In this document: one piece after another, positions 1 through 7,022 of the stretch
Position numbering within the stretch: position 1 is the first letter of the stretch
Layout of the letters: each line of letters starts with the position of its first letter
Assembly: GCA_046290465.1 (NCBI GenBank)
Contig: JBKAGP010000001.1
Location: 2,848,001 to 2,912,000 of the forward strand
Length of the DNA: 64,000 nt
Source: Planctomycetota bacterium
Lineage (GTDB): Bacteria; Planctomycetota; UBA1135; UBA2386
Direction of reading: 5' to 3'
Notes under the pieces: model-generated
The model's input: only the letters and a program-made list of their open reading frames with translations
The model's database searches: none
Told to the model about the DNA's origin: nothing
Made by a program: the position numbers and the translations under genes

Positions 1-1
1 G

Positions 2-94
2 AGCCACGCACGGCGTGGCCTCATCAAGCTGCGCGAAATGCTCGGCGTAGATCCCAACGACACGAACCAGGACCAAGGTGGAGGTACGCGATGA
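2..94 (+). CDS. ECF RNA polymerase sigma factor, C-terminal fragment (partial)
   Basis: Frame from nt 2 reads SHARRGLIKLREML..., typical of the end of ECF sigma region 4; its stop overlaps the start of the anti-sigma gene (ATGA). Confidence 0.7.
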   Translation, partial: SHARRGLIKLREMLGVDPNDTNQDQGGGTR

Positions 95-816
95 GCAAGC
101 TCGAAGAGCTGGCTGAAGCGATCGTCTTCGCCCACGAAACCGACCAGACGAACACGGCGGAGACCACCGAGTCCCGCGAGCTCGAACGCATCGCGGCGCT
201 GGCCGCCGGCGCGTTCAGCCACGCGGCCCCGGCCCCGTCCTCGCTGGCCTCGAAGCTCGCCGCGGACGCGCTCGCGTTCTGCGCCGCGCAGAAGGCCCCG
301 GCACCGCAGGAGCCGCCCGGCTTCACGACCCCGCGTCCCGGCCAGGGGGGCAGGATCCTGTCGTTCGTGCTCGGCGCGGCCGCCGCCAGCATGCTGCTGT
401 GGTTCACGGTGCTGTCGCCATACGAGGAGACCCTGTCCGAGATGCGCGCCGAGGCACTGGCCAACCAGGTCGCGATGCAGCAGCAGTGGAAGCCGGGCCC
501 GAGCCCGCTCCGCGGCGACGTCACCGGCGACGTGGTCTGGCGCCAGAACGAACAGGACGGCTGGCTGACGTTCCGCAACCTGCCGGTGCTGCCGGCGGAC
601 AAGGCCTACCAGCTGTGGATCGTCGACGGCGAACGTGAAGGTGCCCCGGTCGACGGTGGCGTGTTCACGATCGCGTCCGAGGACCGCGAGACGATCGTGC
701 CGATCCAGGCGCGCCTGCCGATCGGCAAGCCGGCCGCGTTCGTGATCACGGTCGAGGACCGCAACGGCGTGGTCGTCTCCAAGCAGGAACACGTCGTCGC
801 GATCGCGGCGTTGTAG
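91..816 (+). CDS. Anti-sigma factor, RskA family
   Basis: Single TM helix followed by LPVLPADKAYQLWIV...PVDGGVF...FVITVEDRNG, an RskA-like C-terminal signature; coupled to an ECF sigma. Confidence 0.8.
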   Translation: MSKLEELAEAIVFAHETDQTNTAETTESRELERIAALAAGAFSHAAPAPSSLASKLAADALAFCAAQKAPAPQEPPGFTTPRPGQGGRILSFVLGAAAASMLLWFTVLSPYEETLSEMRAEALANQVAMQQQWKPGPSPLRGDVTGDVVWRQNEQDGWLTFRNLPVLPADKAYQLWIVDGEREGAPVDGGVFTIASEDRETIVPIQARLPIGKPAAFVITVEDRNGVVVSKQEHVVAIAAL

Positions 817-916
817 GCCCGCGGCGACGCAAGTCGGCAACTCCCACTTGCGCGCCGGCCATCGCCCGGCTAGGTTCCTCCGCCCGTCGCGCTGCAAGGC
901 GCGGCACCCGTGGTGC

Positions 917-992
917 GGGTAGGTAGCTCAGTTGGTAGAGCATGGCATTGAAAATGCCAGGGTCGGCGGTTCAAATCCGCCCCTGCCCACCA
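917..992 (+). tRNA. tRNA-Phe (GAA)
   Basis: 76-nt cloverleaf: GGGTAGG/CCTGCCC acceptor stem, GCTC/GAGC D stem, TGGCA-TTGAAAA-TGCCA anticodon arm, GGCGG-TTCAAAT-CCGCC T arm, encoded CCA. Confidence 0.97.
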
Positions 993-1006
993 CCCTTTCA
1001 GGGCGG
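948..1006 (+). repeat. attL core (59 bp, from the anticodon loop through the tRNA 3' end plus 14 nt)
   Basis: TTGAAAATGCC...CTTTCAGGGCGG is identical to 43674-43732. Confidence 0.95.
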
Positions 1007-1055
1007 ATACACAACGGGTTACGACAGCGAGCACTGTCAGCCTCCTTGCGGCCAA

Positions 1056-1073
1056 TCTAACTTTCGGTCTAAC
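1056..1073 (+). promoter_or_regulatory. Putative integrase arm-type sites (TCTAAC pair)
   Basis: TCTAAC at 1056 and 1068; the same 12-bp-spaced pair occurs at 43525 and 43537. Confidence 0.55.
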
Positions 1074-1082
1074 CTGCGCCCC

Positions 1083-2201
1083 ATGACGGGAGCCAGCAAG
1101 CGGCCGAAGAAGCCCCGGAAGAAGCCGGGGATGCGATGGATCCAAGCGCGCTGGCGCGAGCGTGCGCAGCGCTGGGAGTGGCTCCCCTGCCGACGCATCG
1201 ACGGCAAGCTGGTCTGGGGCTCGAGCTACCCAACCCAGGAAGAGGCCTTCGAAGCCGCCAAGCGGATGCCCGAGGAGCACGCGCGCCACGAGCGGATCGG
1301 CGACCTCACCTTCGGCGGGGCCTGCGACAAGGCGAACCAGCAGCTGATCGCCGACGGCGGCAGCGAGCACACGCGCACCGGCTACGTCAGCCGGTTCGGC
1401 AGGTGGTTCGACATCCTCGCGAAGGATGCGCTGGTCTCGGAGATCACCAGCGAGGACATCGAGTACTTCAAGCTGCAGCGCCGCGAGAAGCACGGCGTCG
1501 CCAGCGCGACCATCAAGAAGGACCTGGTCGTCATGCAGCGGGTGTTCGACATCGCCGGCCTGACCGGCGAGCACAACCCGGTGCGCGGCGTGCGGCGGCC
1601 GAAGCCGATCGACCCCGACCGGCCGTTCCTCAGCATGAAGCAGGTCGCCGAGATCCTCGACAAGATCCGCGCGAGCAAGAAGCCCGAGCGCGAGTGGCAC
1701 GCGGTCGTCATCGCTTTCCTGGCGCTGACCGGCATGCGCGCCTACGAGCTCGAGCACCTGCGCCGGAAGAACGTCGAGACGCTCGAGGACGGCAGCTGCT
1801 GCGTCGTGCTGCAGGGTGAGAAGGGCAAGCGGATGCGGCGCGTCTACATCGCCGAGGGGTCCGCGTGGATCGCGCACGCCTTCGTCAAGGAGGCGGTCAG
1901 CGCTCCGCCGATCGCCCCGGCGACGATCGCGACGATCTGCAAGCGGTGGAAGCGAGACCTCGACCTCCCGCACCTGTCGGGGCGCGTCCTCCGCCGGACG
2001 TTCGCAACCGAGATGGATCAGCATGTCTCTCTTCGCTACCTGCAGGAGATGATGGGTCACGCGCAGATCACCACTACGCAGAAGTACGTTGGCCTTGATC
2101 AGCAACGCGCACGCGCCGCCGCCGGGCAGCTTCATCTTTCGTTGGCCGGGACCGATCGATCAGCGCCTCCCGCTCCGGACCAGTCGTCCGCCGGCGGTTG
2201 A
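1083..2201 (+). CDS. int: Tyrosine recombinase / phage integrase
   Basis: Catalytic motifs TGMR, GEKGK, RVLRRT (HxxR variant), MMGH and TTQKY; adjacent to attL; start placed at ATG 1083 because the longer ORF runs through the tRNA. Confidence 0.93.
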   Translation: MTGASKRPKKPRKKPGMRWIQARWRERAQRWEWLPCRRIDGKLVWGSSYPTQEEAFEAAKRMPEEHARHERIGDLTFGGACDKANQQLIADGGSEHTRTGYVSRFGRWFDILAKDALVSEITSEDIEYFKLQRREKHGVASATIKKDLVVMQRVFDIAGLTGEHNPVRGVRRPKPIDPDRPFLSMKQVAEILDKIRASKKPEREWHAVVIAFLALTGMRAYELEHLRRKNVETLEDGSCCVVLQGEKGKRMRRVYIAEGSAWIAHAFVKEAVSAPPIAPATIATICKRWKRDLDLPHLSGRVLRRTFATEMDQHVSLRYLQEMMGHAQITTTQKYVGLDQQRARAAAGQLHLSLAGTDRSAPPAPDQSSAGG

Positions 2202-2388
2202 GCCAGGCGAGGAACTCCGGCCAGACGATCAGGCTGACGTGGTTCTTGCCCTTGCGCAGCGTCGTCATCGTCGGCGCGCCGCGCACCGAACGCAGGAGCT
2301 TCCGCAGCTCGGCGGGGTCGTCGAACCTCGCGAACTTCGCGCACTCCTCGAGCGTGCGGAGTTCGGTCTCTTCGGTGATCTCGCTCAT
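2074..2388 (-). CDS. Putative excisionase / small DNA-binding protein
   Basis: Basic 104-aa protein (LRTLEECAKF...WPEFLAWL) convergent on and overlapping int; GGAGA RBS. Confidence 0.5.
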   Translation of the reverse strand: MSEITEETELRTLEECAKFARFDDPAELRKLLRSVRGAPTMTTLRKGKNHVSLIVWPEFLAWLNRRRTTGPEREALIDRSRPTKDEAARRRRVRVADQGQRTSA

Positions 2389-2555
2389 GGTCGGTTCTCC
2401 AGGTCGTCGACCTCGATGCCCTCGAGGTCCTCGGTGAACACCCACCGCTCGCCGTCGACTTCCATCGCGTGCTGCAGCGCCGCGGCGCGCATGGCGGCGG
2501 CGCCGGAGTCGAAGGCCTCGCGGAGAGCGTCCGTGGATTCGCTGGGATCACGCAC
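2385..2555 (-). CDS. Phage hypothetical protein
   Basis: GTG start with GAGGAGG RBS; overlaps its neighbours. Confidence 0.45.
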   Translation of the reverse strand: MRDPSESTDALREAFDSGAAAMRAAALQHAMEVDGERWVFTEDLEGIEVDDLENRP

Positions 2556-2766
2556 GGAGAGAAGCCTCCTCAGCTTGCTGGCGGTCCTGATCGGTGAGCG
2601 GCGCACCGCCGCGCAGCTCGGCGACCGCGTGCTCGAGCACGGGCAACAGCAGCGCGCGCAGCGATGGCCGCGGTTCGGTCACAAGCGAGGCCGCGACCTC
2701 GAGGCGCACTTCCAGCGGCATCGCGATGAGCGACTCGAACGTGACCTGGCGCTTCGTCGTGCGCAT
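2548..2766 (-). CDS. Phage hypothetical protein
   Basis: MRTTKRQ... with GGAGG RBS; part of a coupled leftward operon. Confidence 0.55.
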   Translation of the reverse strand: MRTTKRQVTFESLIAMPLEVRLEVAASLVTEPRPSLRALLLPVLEHAVAELRGGAPLTDQDRQQAEEASLRA

Positions 2767-3118
2767 CAGCTGATCCTCCGTGAAAAATGGGCCCGCGCCG
2801 GTCTCCCTGTTGGCGCAGGCCCCACGACTCGCTCTCGATTCGCTGCGCGGCTCGCCACCGCGCCCCAGACCGCCGCGCCGACCACTCGACGACGTGACGG
2901 CAGAGAGTTCCCGAACCTGCTGAGCAGGCATGCGCCGTGGTCGGGCGGCGCGTCAGGTTCGGGCAGGCTCGCGGCGAGGGAACGTTCGCCGCCAACCCAG
3001 ATAGCTACCGGCGCCGAGCGGCTGCATCTGAGCCGCCCCGCGAACGTCCGACCGTGAGCGTCAAAGACCGCTCGGCACCGGCGCCCGGAACATCCGGGCG
3101 AATGCGTGTTGGCGCGCA

Positions 3119-3754
3119 TCACTGCGCCCCCATCAGCAGCGACAGCCCCTGCATCAGCCAGCCGTGGAAGCACCACAGCAGCATCACCAAGCCGACGGCG
3201 ATCGCGCCCAGCCACCCCGGCTCCGCGTCCTCGGCGCGTGCCAAGCCGGAGTTATTCTCGGTGGCACCGGACAGATCTGTCCGGTCGGCGAGGGGTGCAC
3301 GGTCTCGGCAAAGTTTCCCGAGAACCACCCACGAAACGTCACACCGACGTAACGCGGGCAAGGAACCGGCAGCTCCTGGGGTTGATGAAGGTTCGCCGGC
3401 GCGCAGCTGCACCGGATCGGCGCCGAGCGGGTAGCGCCGGCCGCTAGAGAGCCCCTTGCGCTCATTGCTATCGGCTGCTCCGGTCGCAATCAGCAACGGA
3501 GAGTCATGCACCAGAAGCTTCAGACCAGAGTCCTGAGCGCAGGTGCAGCCACCGGTCGAAGGGTGGCTGCAGGGGCGGGAATCACCGCCGCGGCGCAAGG
3601 CGCGGCGGGTTCCCTTCGTCGCTATCGGTGCCGCGCCTTCAGTGCTACCAGAAGGGCCGGGGCGCCCTTGGCGCACGCTCCCGACGATGCCTTCGACAAG
3701 CGACGTGTTCCTGTGAGAGTCGGCGGGGAGACGCAGATCGCGTTCTGCTGGCAT
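3119..3754 (-). CDS. Hypothetical protein with C-terminal TM helix (boundaries uncertain)
   Basis: AGGAGG RBS before ATG 3754; divergent from the repressor; N-terminal half is low complexity. Confidence 0.35.
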   Translation of the reverse strand: MPAERDLRLPADSHRNTSLVEGIVGSVRQGRPGPSGSTEGAAPIATKGTRRALRRGGDSRPCSHPSTGGCTCAQDSGLKLLVHDSPLLIATGAADSNERKGLSSGRRYPLGADPVQLRAGEPSSTPGAAGSLPALRRCDVSWVVLGKLCRDRAPLADRTDLSGATENNSGLARAEDAEPGWLGAIAVGLVMLLWCFHGWLMQGLSLLMGAQ

Positions 3755-3860
3755 GTGGGTCCTCCTGGTAGCACTGCCATCGCAGTACCCGCAGGATCCT
3801 ACGGATTCAATAGCTTGCTACGTGTTTTTCAGTTCAGCACCCCATCAACGCTAGGATCGC

Positions 3861-4343
3861 ATGCAGACCATGGGGCTCGACAACGACCCAGACCCGAAGG
3901 CGCTGGCGCTCAGTCGTCGCCTCAAGAGTTCGCGACGCAGAGCTGGGCTGAGCCAGAAGGAAGCCGCTGCGTACCTTGGAGTTGGCGAAAGCACAGTCGG
4001 CACCTGGGAGCGCGGCTTGGCCGAGCTTCGTGCACTGGACCTGGAGCGGTGGGCCACCATGACCAGCACCGACCCCGCCATCCTGCTCGGATGGAAGAGC
4101 GAACAGCTGGGACTGCCGATCGTCCGGTCAGAGACGACCTACTTGGTGAGACGCGACCGCGTCGAGAGAATCCGCGCAGCCAAGGACATCAGCGAACTCA
4201 GGGACCTGTTTCGACTGGGCATTGCCTTCGGGCATGCAGTCACCCCGCAAGCCGAAGAGGTCACTGCCGACGAGTGGTCACGTGTCGAGAGGTTGGTCGA
4301 GTTCCGAATCGCCGAGCTCGGCGGCATACCAGAGGACTGGTAG
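3861..4343 (+). CDS. XRE-family HTH repressor (CI-like)
   Basis: RLKSSRRRAGLSQKEAAAYLGVGESTVGTWERG helix-turn-helix. Confidence 0.88.
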   Translation: MQTMGLDNDPDPKALALSRRLKSSRRRAGLSQKEAAAYLGVGESTVGTWERGLAELRALDLERWATMTSTDPAILLGWKSEQLGLPIVRSETTYLVRRDRVERIRAAKDISELRDLFRLGIAFGHAVTPQAEEVTADEWSRVERLVEFRIAELGGIPEDW

Positions 4344-4346
4344 CGC

Positions 4347-4841
4347 ATGTCTGAGGGCCTCGCAGGACAACGACGCGTGCGCAAGCGCCCGACGTGGCGC
4401 AAGCACGCAAGCATCGTGACGATGCTCGCACTGCTCGCCACCGCAGGTTGGACGATCGTGGGTGTCGACTGGCCATCGAAGACAGGGCGGGGCAACCCGG
4501 TCGATGCGCTGATTGCGAGCGTGCACGGCAACGGCGAGTCAGCGATCCAAGCGAACATCGAGGCCACCGACCGCGCGGTTGACTTGATCGACTCGCTTCA
4601 GCTGATCCGGGATCACGGCAACAGCCGCCGCCGGACGGAGGCCAAGCAGGGGCTCGCGCTGTTGCGAGTCGCCCTGGATGAGCCGTCGGCGACGCGCAAC
4701 GTTGAGGCCCCGGTCGACCCCTACTTCCTCTACTCCATTCAGGTCATCAAGGTGCTGCAGTCTGTCGCGAAGGACGGCACTGATCGGCAGCAGCAACAGG
4801 CTCGGATGAGCCTGGAGCGAATCCGCAAGCACCTTGGCTAG
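4347..4841 (+). CDS. Single-pass membrane protein with two helical repeats
   Basis: TM at about aa 20-38; LQLIRDHG..EAKQGLALLR resembles LQSVAKDG..QARMSLERIR. Confidence 0.6.
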   Translation: MSEGLAGQRRVRKRPTWRKHASIVTMLALLATAGWTIVGVDWPSKTGRGNPVDALIASVHGNGESAIQANIEATDRAVDLIDSLQLIRDHGNSRRRTEAKQGLALLRVALDEPSATRNVEAPVDPYFLYSIQVIKVLQSVAKDGTDRQQQQARMSLERIRKHLG

Positions 4842-5176
4842 CTGGAGGCTTGCACGTTTGTCGAGACCGCATCAGCCAGCCCATCGTTGTCGACGACCTT
4901 CATGGTCTCGGCATCGCTCGGCACCGTCACCGTCACCTTCCCGCTGGCGTTCGTCATGACGTCCATGTGCGTGTCCTCGCCCTCTTCGTTGCGGAACGTG
5001 ATCGTGAGACTCGCCGGGGCCGGCCCGGTGTACTCGATGGTCGCGGACTGCCCTTGGACGGGCGGGGTCGGAGAGATCGTGATCGTCGGCGGATTTGCCA
5101 TGGGTCCTCCTGCAGCAAGGAGCCCCAACGATAGCACAGCACCCATCGCGAGCTTGAACATGCTCAACGCTACCAC
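4838..5176 (-). CDS. Small exported beta-sandwich-like protein
   Basis: Hydrophobic signal segment followed by Thr/Val-rich beta strands. Confidence 0.6.
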   Translation of the reverse strand: MVALSMFKLAMGAVLSLGLLAAGGPMANPPTITISPTPPVQGQSATIEYTGPAPASLTITFRNEEGEDTHMDVMTNASGKVTVTVPSDAETMKVVDNDGLADAVSTNVQASS

Positions 5177-5271
5177 GCGCGCGTGCGCGCGGTCGTCGAG
5201 TTGTCTCGCTCAAACCACCAACAACCCTTAGCAGCGGCGCGGGGAAGCGCCGCGTCGAAGAAGGAGATGCG

Positions 5272-5889
5272 ATGCCTCGTCGCGACGACCCAGCCACGAA
5301 CCGTCAACGCAAGTTGATCAAGTTCGCGGGACACGAACCCGGAACCATCACCTTCTTCGAGGCATCAGACCTCATCGACCAACTGCTAAACCAACAGGGA
5401 CTGGAGGAGCGTTGGGTTCGCTACACGATCGCCACCGACGACTTCGGTCGCGACTCCGATGAGCTGAAGCCCTTCACCGAGGGCGAGCTCGAAGCGATCG
5501 ACATACCAGACGACTGGGACAGTTCGGATCGCGTCACAGCTGAGAACTTGAAGCTGATTAAGAGGCTGGTTGCCGATGAAGGCGTGTTCGACGATCCATG
5601 CCCGCGCGTCGAAGTCAGCGACCGCGAGTTCGTGTTCACCGGCCGGTTCAGCTTCGGCACGCGCAAGACATGCATCGAAGCAGCCAGCAGAAAGGGGGCC
5701 CGCTGCACGACCGGCGACGAGGTCACGATGCTGACGGACTACTTGGTTGTCGGAGAGAAGGGCAACGCCAACTACGCACACGGCAGCTGGGGCACCAAGA
5801 TCGCTGCTGCGGTGCTGTTCCGGTTCCAGTACGGACACCCAGCGATCGTCCGCGAGTCGGACTGGATCGCAGCGATGGAAGCGGCATGA
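5272..5889 (+). CDS. BRCT-domain protein
   Basis: FVFTGRF..R......KGA.....VTMLTDYLVVG.......WGTKI..A.......IVRESDW, ligase-type BRCT pattern; AAGGAG RBS. Confidence 0.8.
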   Translation: MPRRDDPATNRQRKLIKFAGHEPGTITFFEASDLIDQLLNQQGLEERWVRYTIATDDFGRDSDELKPFTEGELEAIDIPDDWDSSDRVTAENLKLIKRLVADEGVFDDPCPRVEVSDREFVFTGRFSFGTRKTCIEAASRKGARCTTGDEVTMLTDYLVVGEKGNANYAHGSWGTKIAAAVLFRFQYGHPAIVRESDWIAAMEAA

Positions 5890-5921
5890 CGCCGCACTGC
5901 ACTACCCCTCGGAGAAGCTAG

Positions 5922-6791
5922 ATGACCAAAAGGACCGAACCCAACGTTCTGCAGCACTCAACTGAGAAGCTAAACGAGCTGCTTCGACAGGTTGAGCAAC
6001 ATGCAGATGAAGACGTGCTACTGATCTTCGGCCCCCTCTTCGCTGATGTCGACAAGCGCGTGCGATTGGCTGTCGAGGCGATCAAGAATCGACGCGAAGG
6101 CCTGTTGATCATGCTGACCACGAACGGGGGCCTCGTAGAGATCGCAGAGCGGATCGTCAAGACCGTACGTCACCACTACGATCGCGTTCGGTTCATCATC
6201 CCCGACCGCGCCATGTCTGCAGGGACCATCCTCGCGATGTCTGGTGATGCGATCCTGATGGACTACTACTCGTGCCTTGGACCGATCGACCCACAAGTGC
6301 CGAACGCCGATGGGAACTACGTCCCCGCATTGTCCTACCTAGAGCAATACGAACGCCTGCGCCAACTGTCGCTCAACGGTCAGCTGACGACCGTCGACGC
6401 ACAGATGATGCAGAAGATGGACCTCGCCGAGTTGCACCGCTACGAGCTGCAACGCGACCTCTCTGTCAAGCTGATTCAGGACTGGCTGGTGGCCTACAAG
6501 CTCCGGGACTGGAACACAACCGAAGGCCGTGGGACGACAGTCACCCACCAGATGAAGGAGCAGCGGGCCAAGGACATTGCCGAGCAACTAAGCGACCACA
6601 AGCGATGGGGGTCTCACGGCAGAGGCATCACAATGGAGGTTCTCTGGAACGACCTAGGCCTCAAGATCGACGACTTCGGGGCCGATCAGACGCTGAGCGA
6701 CCGAGCTAGGGACTACCACGATTTCCTTCTGGACTACATCATGGGTCCGGATAGATCCTTCGTGCATTCCAACTCCTGGGGTACCCGATGA
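5922..6791 (+). CDS. SDH-family ClpP/crotonase-fold serine peptidase
   Basis: LTTNGG, AMSAGTILAMSGD, LGPIDPQ and WGSHGRGI motifs. Confidence 0.85.
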   Translation: MTKRTEPNVLQHSTEKLNELLRQVEQHADEDVLLIFGPLFADVDKRVRLAVEAIKNRREGLLIMLTTNGGLVEIAERIVKTVRHHYDRVRFIIPDRAMSAGTILAMSGDAILMDYYSCLGPIDPQVPNADGNYVPALSYLEQYERLRQLSLNGQLTTVDAQMMQKMDLAELHRYELQRDLSVKLIQDWLVAYKLRDWNTTEGRGTTVTHQMKEQRAKDIAEQLSDHKRWGSHGRGITMEVLWNDLGLKIDDFGADQTLSDRARDYHDFLLDYIMGPDRSFVHSNSWGTR

Positions 6792-6997
6792 AGCACCTAA
6801 GCAAGCCAACGCTCGATGCCAACCCGATGGTCGACGTCAAGATCCTGGAGGAGGTGCAGCGCCAGAATGCGGACCTTGCCCGCGTCGGTAGCTACGACGC
6901 ACAGGCCTCCTACAAGCTTGCGCCGACGCACGAGCAGATGACTCAACAGGGCATGCAAGCGTGCTCGCGGCCGCAAGGAGCTGGCCGCGAGTCATAG
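6788..6997 (+). CDS. Small hypothetical protein coupled to the peptidase
   Basis: ATGA overlap with the upstream stop; 69 aa. Confidence 0.55.
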   Translation: MKHLSKPTLDANPMVDVKILEEVQRQNADLARVGSYDAQASYKLAPTHEQMTQQGMQACSRPQGAGRES

Positions 6998-7022
6998 GGC
7001 GACACCCAGTTCGACGCAGGAC

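Noticed and set aside
942..1082. N-terminal extension of the integrase ORF (419 aa)
   Set aside because: It runs through the tRNA and att core; ATG 1083 is more plausible and the relic copy has an ATG at the equivalent position
2770..3430. C4-like antisense or other structured ncRNA in the early region
   Set aside because: GC-rich hairpins are possible, but I could not match a consensus by eye; an Infernal/Rfam search is needed
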